The notes beneath the pieces are model-generated. The model saw nothing but the letters and a program-made list of their open reading frames with translations, did not search any database and was not told the DNA's origin. Below are positions 1 to 8,048 of a DNA stretch of 60,585 bases, piece by piece. Position numbers and translations under genes: made by a program. Origin of the DNA: Pseudomonadota bacterium (GTDB lineage: Bacteria > Bdellovibrionota_C > UBA2361 > OMII01); the NCBI GenBank assembly GCA_046300175.1, contig JBKCMS010000066.1:1-60585 (forward strand). The letters are read 5' to 3'. Numbering within the stretch: the stretch's first letter is position 1; each line of letters starts with the position of its first letter.

Positions 1-149
1 CTATAGTGACGTGCAAAAGTCCGTGCCAGTAAAACTGGCAAGGCTTTTGCTGGACATCACTATAGGTTGTTGTTTTGATTCGCATCCGCGAATCGATAGC
101 GTTATCCAAAACTCGGGATTTCGCTACGGACTTTTGGAGAACGCTATAG
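1..149 (+). mobile_element. 149-bp palindromic MITE-like repeat, family A copy 1
   Basis: Near-identical copies at 1195-1343, 40789-40937 and 51137-51285. Imperfect terminal inverted repeats CTATAG..CAAAAGTCCGT / ACGGACTTTTG..CTATAG and three internal hairpins. Confidence 0.85.
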
Positions 150-166
150 TTAATCGAGGAGCATCC

Positions 167-1090
167 ATGTCACCCTTCGCTGATACCATTCAGAAGTCGA
201 TCGCCAAAACCGGAAGTGTACTCGTCGCTGGATGCGACCCTGTGATTGATAAGCTGCCGGCCTTTCTCATAGCAGATGCTGAGCGACGAGCAACGACAGA
301 TACCGACTTTGTGGAGCGAGTGCTGGCTTCTTTTGGAGATGTCTTTATAGCGGCGGTTACTGGAAAAGTTGCGGCCGTAAAGCCAAATATTGCATTCTTT
401 GAGCAGTATGGGATAGCTGGCATCGCTGCTTTTTCACGACTCTGTAAAGCGATGCGTGCGGCGGGTCTTCCGGTGATCGCTGATGCAAAGCGCGGTGATA
501 TCGGCACAACAGCCGCGGCCTACAGCGCGGCCTTTCTCGGAAGGAGTCGAATCGCTGGTCGGGTCATCGAGGGTTTTCCAGCTGATGCCGTTACCATCAA
601 TCCTTTTCTAGGTTTCGATACCCTGGAGCCTTTTATCAAGGATTGTCAGGAATACGGAAAAGGTATCTTTGTACTTGTGCAGACCTCCAACCCTGGTGCG
701 GTGGCTATTCAGGGGTTGACGGCGCAGGGTAAGCCGGTGCGTGAGCACGTTGCGCAGTGGTTAGCTGAGCGCGCAGAGGTATTAGCAGGATCGTGTGGGT
801 GGTCTGGGCTGGGAGCGGTGGTAGGAGCTTCTTATCCCGAGGAGGCTAAGCGGTTGCGGCAGTTAATGCCCAGAAATTTTTTCCTGATTCCTGGCCTGGG
901 AGCTCAAGGTGCGGCAGCCAAGGATTCTGTGGCTGGATTTGGCGTTCTTAATGGAGAGCCTGGTGGGGCTCTTGTTAACGTTTCACGTGGATTATTGGAG
1001 GGAACTGCTAGTTCAGCTGAGGAATTGCTTGCGTGCATAGCTCAAAATGCCGATCGATTCAATCAGCAGCTTACAGAAGCTCTACGGTAA
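167..1090 (+). CDS. pyrF: orotidine-5'-phosphate decarboxylase
   Basis: Motifs GCDP, KPNIAFFE, DAKRGDIGTT, VQTSNPG, LIPGLGAQG, NVSRG. ATG at 167 follows GAGGA; the ORF-track extension from 11 lies in the repeat. Confidence 0.95.
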   Translation: MSPFADTIQKSIAKTGSVLVAGCDPVIDKLPAFLIADAERRATTDTDFVERVLASFGDVFIAAVTGKVAAVKPNIAFFEQYGIAGIAAFSRLCKAMRAAGLPVIADAKRGDIGTTAAAYSAAFLGRSRIAGRVIEGFPADAVTINPFLGFDTLEPFIKDCQEYGKGIFVLVQTSNPGAVAIQGLTAQGKPVREHVAQWLAERAEVLAGSCGWSGLGAVVGASYPEEAKRLRQLMPRNFFLIPGLGAQGAAAKDSVAGFGVLNGEPGGALVNVSRGLLEGTASSAEELLACIAQNADRFNQQLTEALR

Positions 1091-1194
1091 GTTGTTACAG
1101 ACTGAGCCCTTTTACGAGTCGCTCACTGGGGATAAATGGGCGATGACCCAGATTGTAAATAGCGTAGGGAAGAGCGCAAGATGAGCTGTTTTAA

Positions 1195-1343
1195 CTATAG
1201 TGACGTGCAAAAGTCAGTGCCAGTAAAACTGGCAAGGCTTTTGCTGGACATCACTATAGGTTGTTGTTTTGATTCGCATCCGCGAATCGATAGCGTTCTC
1301 CAGAACTCGGGATTTCGCTACGGACTTTTGGAGAACGCTATAG
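1195..1343 (+). mobile_element. 149-bp palindromic MITE-like repeat, family A copy 2
   Basis: Differs from copy 1 at only 3 positions, no indels. Confidence 0.85.
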
Positions 1344-1442
1344 ATTCGTCGAAGGCCCCGCACTTTGAGATACAAGTAGCCGATTCCTACGCTTCTTTAG
1401 TAAATTGACTTTCCCTCATTAGTTAAGCAGAGTAATGGCTTC

Positions 1443-3536
1443 ATGAGCTCGAAGCCACCACAATCTCCCAAAAATTTAAACGCAACTCTATCGGTCGATT
1501 CATTGGTAGGGGGGCTAGTGCATTACGACGACGAGGGGCAAGTCGTGCTCGGGGTCGTAACAGGACTCAAGAAGGATAAAATCATAATACTGACAGAGCG
1601 TGGCCGCGAGCTTGAGCTGATACGGGCGCGGCTACATGTTTTGCCGGGTAAACTAACGGGTGTCTTTGCTTCAACAAACGCACGAGTTGAAAGGCTAAAA
1701 GAATTAGCCAAAGAGATAGAGAATGCCGCTACAACGGTCAACATCATCGAGCTGTGGGAGTTTGTGCACGAGGAGGGGCGCCAGTTCACTGTATCTGAGC
1801 TCAGCACTATGTACCTGGGGTCTGACGATCTTATGAGTCATGCAGCGCTCCGGGTGGCCATGATCCGGGAGCGTATTCACTTCAAGCGAGAGCGCGATAC
1901 TTTTGAGCCAAGAACGCAGCGTGTAGTTGAAGATCTTCGTCGTGCAGAGGATGCAAAAGCCCAGAAGAAGGCGGCCCGCGATCGGTGTCTTGCGTTTCTG
2001 GAGCTTAAAACTTCGGACAATGAAGCGGCAATACCTCCCGATCTAAGAGATTCCTTTCGGTTGATTGAGGAAGTTGCGGCATCAATAGTTCACACGGACC
2101 CGGCAAGACAGAAAGAAGCTCGTGATTTCGTGCATCTTTGTGGGGAGCGTCTAAAGCTACCTGAGAGTATGCCGATAGAGAAGCAAGCCTTTGAGGTGCT
2201 GTGTAAGACCGGCGTATTCAACGAACACACAAACCTTTCGCTCATCCGACACGATATACCACAAGAGCACAATGCTGAAGTGGAAGCTGAGGCAGCAGGG
2301 CAACATGCTCCTTGTGAGCTTGAAGATTTCTCAGTCCATGAAAGGCAATTCCGGCGCGATCTGACATCTGCATTTACGTTTACCATCGATGATATATCGA
2401 CTCAGGATATGGATGATGCGCTCTCTTTGGAGCGCACCCCTGATGGATACGTTTTGGGAATTCATATAACTGACGTGACTATGGCAGTTATGCCAGGGTC
2501 ACGGATAGATCGTGCAGCCAAGAGGCGCGCTACATCGCTGTACTGTGCCGACCGCACCATTAACATGCTCCCATCTCATTTGGCAGAAGGTGTCTGCAGT
2601 CTTAAAGTTGGTGTTGTGCGTCCTTGCCTCTCGGTGTTGGTCAAGTTAAGTGAGTCTCTAGAGATATGCTCAAGCGAGGTGTGTGGTTCTTTTGTGCGGG
2701 TGGGGTGTCGGTATACTTATGATCAGGTAGATGACCTCCTCGAAACAGGGGACTCTACTTTGTTACTGTTGCACGATATCGCGGCAGCATGTGAGGAAGG
2801 CCGAATTCGTAACGGAGCTATGCGCGTTCAGAAGCGCGAAGTAGTGCCTTTCTACGAAGACGGTCAGGTGCGCCTGCAGGAGATAGAGGAGGATAGTCCA
2901 GCCAGATTACTGGTGTCGGAGATGATGGTGCTCGCTAATACAGTCATGGCAAAATTCGCAGCAGCCAATCGAATTCCGGTCCTATTCCGAGGCCAAGAGC
3001 GTCCTGATGATCGTCACGGTGATGCAAATAATCGGGAGCAGGCTCCCGAGGGGCCAGCAAAGGATTTCTCAGCACGTACTAGACTCAAGAAATCATCGGT
3101 ATCATTCGAGCCGGTTCACCACGCAGGACTGGGAGTCGATGCATATATTCAAGCCACTTCTCCGATCCGGCGTTATATGGATCTATGTCATCAACGACAG
3201 CTTCTCTCTTTTTTAAAGGGTGGAGGGCCGTGGATCGCTCCCGGTGAGTTTGAGTCGGTGGCGGCCGAGGTGGAGCTGCCGCTTCAGGAAGCAAATCTTG
3301 CTAGTCGAGAGACGAAGCGGTATTGGCTTCTTCGCTATCTTGAGCAGAGAGAGCGTAATAAGCCGATCGAAGGAACGGTGGTGCGTGTGGACCTAAAGAC
3401 GCCCCTTGTTGAACTAGACGAGGTCTACATTACTGTGCTTGTGCGTTTGCAACAACGTGCTGTGCTAGGCCAGCGAGTAACTCTACGGATCAGTGCAGTC
3501 GATGCTCATGCCGATTATGTAAGGCTAGCACCTTAG
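1443..3536 (+). CDS. RNB-domain exoribonuclease (RNase II/RNase R family)
   Basis: Catalytic motif TIDDISTQDMDDALS, GIHITDV, RATSLY, ATSPIRRYMDL, C-terminal S1-like region. Confidence 0.92.
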   Translation: MSSKPPQSPKNLNATLSVDSLVGGLVHYDDEGQVVLGVVTGLKKDKIIILTERGRELELIRARLHVLPGKLTGVFASTNARVERLKELAKEIENAATTVNIIELWEFVHEEGRQFTVSELSTMYLGSDDLMSHAALRVAMIRERIHFKRERDTFEPRTQRVVEDLRRAEDAKAQKKAARDRCLAFLELKTSDNEAAIPPDLRDSFRLIEEVAASIVHTDPARQKEARDFVHLCGERLKLPESMPIEKQAFEVLCKTGVFNEHTNLSLIRHDIPQEHNAEVEAEAAGQHAPCELEDFSVHERQFRRDLTSAFTFTIDDISTQDMDDALSLERTPDGYVLGIHITDVTMAVMPGSRIDRAAKRRATSLYCADRTINMLPSHLAEGVCSLKVGVVRPCLSVLVKLSESLEICSSEVCGSFVRVGCRYTYDQVDDLLETGDSTLLLLHDIAAACEEGRIRNGAMRVQKREVVPFYEDGQVRLQEIEEDSPARLLVSEMMVLANTVMAKFAAANRIPVLFRGQERPDDRHGDANNREQAPEGPAKDFSARTRLKKSSVSFEPVHHAGLGVDAYIQATSPIRRYMDLCHQRQLLSFLKGGGPWIAPGEFESVAAEVELPLQEANLASRETKRYWLLRYLEQRERNKPIEGTVVRVDLKTPLVELDEVYITVLVRLQQRAVLGQRVTLRISAVDAHADYVRLAP

Positions 3537-3559
3537 AGGCTTGGTTGTTCTAGCTCGCA

Positions 3560-3675
3560 TAAACCCTGCGCGAGTGATTTTTGAAAAAAATCACTCGCAA
3601 TAGCAGGGCGAGCGCAATCTTGGCCCATGAAGATCAAGGGAACAGCCAAGTTGCGTCGTAGAAGACAAAAAACTC
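3560..3675 (+). repeat. 116-bp structured repeat, family B long copy 1
   Basis: Starts TAAACCC with two hairpins; inverted copy at 7660-7775. Confidence 0.85.
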
Positions 3676-3695
3676 TAGCTGTAGAAAGAGACTAT

Positions 3696-3896
3696 CTAGT
3701 TGCTGATAAGCGTGGGACCAGTGATGGCTGAGTAGGTTTTTAACTTAGCAGGAACTTGAAAGCACTTGAGCAAGAGCTCCGGCTGGAGCGCTATGCGAGC
3801 TTCTTGAGACAGGATTAAGTGCATATTGTTGCTCGATGCAGGTAAGTCATCAGAGAGCATCGCGGAGTACCTCTTTTTGAGCGGCAAGACCGTCAC
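3696..3896 (-). CDS. small hypothetical protein
   Basis: 66-aa ORF directly downstream of and co-oriented with 3903-4094; no recognisable motif. Confidence 0.3.
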   Translation of the reverse strand: MTVLPLKKRYSAMLSDDLPASSNNMHLILSQEARIALQPELLLKCFQVPAKLKTYSAITGPTLISN

Positions 3897-3902
3897 TATA
3901 GC

Positions 3903-4094
3903 TCAATGTACCTGCTTATCCGGAATCTGGGAGAGAGATTCAGCTAATACATCGATTTGCAGCTGATCGCATAGCTGACTGATCATCTCAAAGGCTTGAG
4001 TCAGAGAATTTACCTGATCCGTCGTGAGCTCGATTATTTCGGTTGCCAACTCTTCCTCAGTTAATTCTGGGAGGTTAGGTAGAGTCTTTATCAT
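3903..4094 (-). CDS. small acidic hypothetical protein
   Basis: ATG at 4094 preceded by GGAG; helical acidic 63-aa sequence. Confidence 0.5.
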   Translation of the reverse strand: MIKTLPNLPELTEEELATEIIELTTDQVNSLTQAFEMISQLCDQLQIDVLAESLSQIPDKQVH

Positions 4095-4446
4095 GTCGGC
4101 AGCTCCGTAAAGCCCGGTGGGTCTTTTAGTGCCCACAGGAAGTGTTGACCTGCAATTAAGATGCACTATACGTGCCAGAGTCGGCCTCTTGCTGGTCTAT
4201 AGATTCGGTCGGCCTAAATCCCTAGGAGCTTTATAAAGCAAGGCTAATTATATCCGTTAAGGACGGTAAAAATTGTCACGTCGGGCCGTTTATGAGCCGG
4301 CAACTGGAGTTTTAGCTTGGCAGGGAGTCTCAAGATGTGTCAGATATTTGACTTTCTGAAGATGATTTTGGGACCAGCGCTAGGTTAATGGTGCGCCTAA
4401 GCAGAGTCGCAGAATTGGGCTACGGATTTCCGTCATTCGCCACAAA

Positions 4447-5013
4447 TTAGCGCGATCCAGCAGCAGCTTTGATAGCAAGAATTAGCCCCTTATCCTGTGC
4501 GCAGTCAGTCCCCGTTAATACGGAATCAGTGGCATCGAAGTGAACTCGGGTGTTGAGTATCTCGCTACCATCCTGGTCACGCCAATTTAGCCACAGCCCC
4601 ATTCTCTTTGAGTCGAGATATATCGGCCGAAAAGTTAGTGAATGACCATTAGGTAGTTGTAGTGAATCACGCGTCTTTAGCGCAATCACCTCCTCCTTGG
4701 CTGAAAGGAGTTGGAAGCTATCAAATGGCAGTTGTGAGAGCTTAGGCTCAAGATCACGAATCGCAGGGTCAAGCTTCATAGTTCTTGCTGCTGTTGATCT
4801 AGCGTCATCGCCGCTGTGCGGTTCAGATGCTTGTATCGTACGCACTGATAGGGTGACCGAGTGCGTCCCGTCATTGTTGTCCTCAGCAAATGCCCCAGCG
4901 GCTTTACCTGCGATCAAGCTTGCAATTAGCAGTAACCAAAGCCCATTGATCCGCCTTGTTATTAGGTAAGTCGAAAAGGACGCTAAAGATTTTTTTAGGA
5001 TTACAGCTATCAT
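4447..5013 (-). CDS. exported hypothetical protein (third gene of the ECF sigma operon)
   Basis: Hydrophobic signal-like segment ending AFA; starts 5 bp after the anti-sigma stop codon. Confidence 0.7.
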   Translation of the reverse strand: MIAVILKKSLASFSTYLITRRINGLWLLLIASLIAGKAAGAFAEDNNDGTHSVTLSVRTIQASEPHSGDDARSTAARTMKLDPAIRDLEPKLSQLPFDSFQLLSAKEEVIALKTRDSLQLPNGHSLTFRPIYLDSKRMGLWLNWRDQDGSEILNTRVHFDATDSVLTGTDCAQDKGLILAIKAAAGSR

Positions 5014-5018
5014 GGACT

Positions 5019-5918
5019 CTATTTCTCACCACTCTGCCTATGTTCGTCAAGCTGCTGTCGTGGGAACGGACGAGACGGTAGGGGATCGCCCGGACTATCC
5101 AGGGCCATTCCGAGAGGTGTGGCTTCAAGCCTAGCCGCAGAGCTACCTATACCTAAGGAGTCTCTCCTGAGGGAATTATTATCAGGTAAACGGCTCTTGT
5201 GCAGAGGCACAGCTCTGCGACGTATCCAGATGATTGCTGATGAACCCGTTGGATCGGGAATCAACTTGAGCGACCCATTAGCCCGCATCCAGTCGACTTC
5301 CATTGAGTGGTGATGATTGACTGGAGCCACAGCATAGCGCGGACCTGAGGCCGTTGAATTGCCGATAGCAACTGGCTGGATAAATTGGTTATTAGCAACC
5401 GGGCCAGCCATCGGGGCAGAGAAGGAGGTAATCGGCGTTGGCCGCGACATAACGACCAGCAGAGTTGCAGCGACTGCGGCACCTGATAAGCCACCCAGCA
5501 TCGCATGCCGCGGGCTAACGCGTTTCCACAGCGACTCATACCTATGTTCAGATGTCGTCTCAAGGCGTCTAGCGCCGAGATACAGAGCCGCCCGCTGCTC
5601 CTGATCTATTCGCGCATTGATACGAGCCCACAGATCAACCGGCTGGGCACAATCGGATCGAGCGAGATCGGCACAGCGATCCTTGATCGTGCCGAGATCG
5701 GATAAGAAATCACGGGCGCACGCACTGCGTGAGATAAGTCGTCGAGCTAGGAAGGCAGATAGGCACGAACATTGGCCATCGTGAAAGCGCGAGAGCAGCT
5801 GCTCCTGCTTTTCAGAGAGCACTGTTTGTGAGAGACCTTTTTGCGAGTTCTCCGTCTGTGAGCCGTTAGCGGTGTTATTGATTGATTCACCCTTGCGGAA
5901 GCCGGTCATAGTTCTCAT
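5019..5918 (-). CDS. putative membrane-anchored anti-sigma factor
   Basis: ATGA-coupled to the ECF sigma gene; N-terminal LLSRFHDG..C..C anti-sigma-like domain, DLWARI, single TM helix (MLGGLSGAAVAATLLVV). Confidence 0.75.
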   Translation of the reverse strand: MRTMTGFRKGESINNTANGSQTENSQKGLSQTVLSEKQEQLLSRFHDGQCSCLSAFLARRLISRSACARDFLSDLGTIKDRCADLARSDCAQPVDLWARINARIDQEQRAALYLGARRLETTSEHRYESLWKRVSPRHAMLGGLSGAAVAATLLVVMSRPTPITSFSAPMAGPVANNQFIQPVAIGNSTASGPRYAVAPVNHHHSMEVDWMRANGSLKLIPDPTGSSAIIWIRRRAVPLHKSRLPDNNSLRRDSLGIGSSAARLEATPLGMALDSPGDPLPSRPFPRQQLDEHRQSGEK

Positions 5919-6667
5919 TCACCTCGTGCTCGCTGCGCGTATTTCTTAGTATCTCTGAGTATGTCTCGGCGCTCATCTTGAGCCCGCGAATCCCCGCTGT
6001 CTTCAACACGGGTTGATTCAGGAGCATAATCTCTCAAAGCTTCCTGCAGAGCTTTGCGAGCGTAGAACAACCTGCTCATCACCGTGCCACGCGGCACACC
6101 CAGTGCCACCGCGATCTCTTCATAGTCAAGTCCATCAACCTCCCGCAAGGTGATTACTGCTCGATGCTCATCTGACAATCGGGCGAACACCTCGTCGATC
6201 TTTCTGCCGGTTTCTCTGCGGAGCAGAGCTTCCTGTGGCCCTTCAATGTTTTGGCTGACTGGAAGGTCATCCCCAGCTCCAGCGCCTTTATCAGGGACCT
6301 GTATAGTACTAGAGACGCCAAAATCCTCTTTGTATTCAAAATGCTGTCCACCTCGGCGCTGGTTTTTGCGTTGCAGGTCTACCGCCATGTTAAATGTAAT
6401 GCGGTGGAGCCAAGTGTAAAAAGACGACTGATTGCGAAACTTATCTAGTGATAAGAAGGCCTTAACGAAGCTCTCTTGGACTACATCCTCGGCATCGGCG
6501 CTGTTTTTGACTATGTCTAAAGCCACCCTGAGCAGCCGCCCCTGATAGCGTTCTACAAGCAGCCGGTAGGCTTCCCTATCCCCTTTAAGGGTCGAGGCAA
6601 CGAGCGCCTCATCGGCCATTTTGTTCGGGGTGCCCCCATTTTTTGGGCGGTTCATACCCCTATACAA
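5915..6667 (-). CDS. ECF RNA polymerase sigma factor (RpoE-like); start uncertain
   Basis: Region 2 DAEDVVQESFVKAF..FYTWLHRITFN; region 4 LREVDGLDYEEIAVALGVPRGTVMSRLFYAR. Confidence 0.93.
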   Translation of the reverse strand: MYRGMNRPKNGGTPNKMADEALVASTLKGDREAYRLLVERYQGRLLRVALDIVKNSADAEDVVQESFVKAFLSLDKFRNQSSFYTWLHRITFNMAVDLQRKNQRRGGQHFEYKEDFGVSSTIQVPDKGAGAGDDLPVSQNIEGPQEALLRRETGRKIDEVFARLSDEHRAVITLREVDGLDYEEIAVALGVPRGTVMSRLFYARKALQEALRDYAPESTRVEDSGDSRAQDERRDILRDTKKYAQRARGE

Positions 6668-6775
6668 TCACAACTCCGGCAAGGGCTCAACTTCAGGTGT
6701 CTCGCAGGTTGAAAAACTGCTGAGGCCGAGATCGGCCTGCTGGCTTGCTGAGATATTTCGCGGTATCATACGCCC

Positions 6776-7117
6776 ATGCGGTCAACAGCTACGTTATTCA
6801 TTCTTCTAGGAGTGCTCGCGCTTGCCGCGTTCTCATTTCTCTCAGATGATGCATTTGGCAAGCTCTCAAACCTCAATCGTACGCTGGAGCAGCAGCAACG
6901 AACGAACTCGAAACTCTCTGGAACTGTACAAGCTCTCAAGCGAGAGGTCCAAGGACTACAGTCAGACCCGAGAACTGTTGAGAAAGCCGCAAGAAATGAG
7001 CTAGGTATGGCCCGCCCAGGAGAAATGGTTGTCATCTTTGACAAACAGGAAGTGGCGGATACAGCCCGTAATCGTGACTCTGAGCCGGATGGTAAGATAG
7101 ATGGAAAAAATCGATAA
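6776..7117 (+). CDS. ftsB: septum formation initiator FtsB/DivIC family protein
   Basis: N-terminal TM helix, coiled coil, EKAARNELGMARPGE motif. Confidence 0.85.
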   Translation: MRSTATLFILLGVLALAAFSFLSDDAFGKLSNLNRTLEQQQRTNSKLSGTVQALKREVQGLQSDPRTVEKAARNELGMARPGEMVVIFDKQEVADTARNRDSEPDGKIDGKNR

Positions 7118-7493
7118 GCTTCCGGGCCAAAGTCCGCAGGAGCATGATTCTAGTCAGTACATGCCGCGTCGTCGACGCAGCGGCGTGGCTACTGATTTGA
7201 CTAAGGTCAAGGCGATCCTTTCTAAGGTGCTTTCGCACAGAGGACTTGATAAGCGAGTAGAGCGCTACGGCTTTATACTTCATTGGCCAGACATAGTCGG
7301 ACAGCGACTGGCAGAGGTCAGTAAGCCCGATTGTATAGTCAACAAACAGTTGATTGTTAATGTCTTGCATCCTGCTTGGGCGCAGGAGCTAACGATGATT
7401 AAACCGGTCTTGCTTGAATCTCTTGCTCAATACCTAAGGCCGGGAGATGTTGTGCGCGATATGATATTCCGGGTTCGCGACACGAGAGGGTGA
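7101..7493 (+). CDS. dciA: DciA/DUF721 family protein
   Basis: WPDIVG..LA......LIVNV.HPAWAQEL pattern typical of DUF721. Confidence 0.8.
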   Translation: MEKIDKLPGQSPQEHDSSQYMPRRRRSGVATDLTKVKAILSKVLSHRGLDKRVERYGFILHWPDIVGQRLAEVSKPDCIVNKQLIVNVLHPAWAQELTMIKPVLLESLAQYLRPGDVVRDMIFRVRDTRG

Positions 7494-7515
7494 GTGGTTC
7501 AACCTTCCAGTATAA

Positions 7516-7564
7516 TAAACCCTGCGCGAGTGATTTTTGAAAAAAATCACTTGCGCAGGGTTTG
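7516..7564. repeat. 49-bp palindrome, family B short form
   Basis: TAAACCCTGCGCGAGTGATTTT..AAAATCACTTGCGCAGGGTTT; 5' part identical to the copy starting at 3560. Confidence 0.85.
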
Positions 7565-7659
7565 CAATCGGTACTACGAGCGATTTGCTAACATCAAGCA
7601 GTACCGTCCAGAGCTAGAGTCTCTGATGACATTAAAATTTCACACGCTTAAGCACATAG

Positions 7660-7775
7660 GAGTTTGTTGTCTTCTACGGCGCAACTTGGCTGTTCCCTTG
7701 ATCTTCATGGGCCAAGATTGCGCTCGCCCAGCAATTCTCATTCATTTTTTCCAAAAATGAATGAGGCTGGGTTTA
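7660..7775 (-). repeat. 116-bp structured repeat, family B long copy 2
   Basis: Reverse complement aligns without gaps to 3560-3675 with 16 substitutions. Confidence 0.85.
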
Positions 7776-8048
7776 GATATGTGCAATAATAAAGCATATT
7801 TACCTAAGCACTATAGCTGTAATCTGCTCCCCCTATGTTCGAATTTTTCCTGAAATTGTGAAGCTAGCCTCACAGTTTTCTAACACGGCTTTGATTTCGA
7901 AAGAACATAAATACGCTTAGACTACCGCTGGGTTTGTTTGCAGCGACGAATAAACACTACGACCTTTAGTGATATTGATGGTCAAGGCAGTGTGTGTTTG
8001 TGGGCGCGGAGTGCAGCAAACGACTATCGGTCACATTGAGAGCCACTT

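Noticed and set aside
1-149. Family A as a nucleotide-sensing riboswitch (upstream of pyrF and prs)
   Set aside because: Copy 3 has no downstream same-strand gene, and the copies have terminal inverted repeats and TA-target signatures; a mobile repeat explains the data better.
1181-1408. Small ORFs 1181-1408, 40763-40975, 40697-40948, 51036-51245 and 7494-7760
   Set aside because: They are translations of the repeat elements with no independent evidence of being genes.
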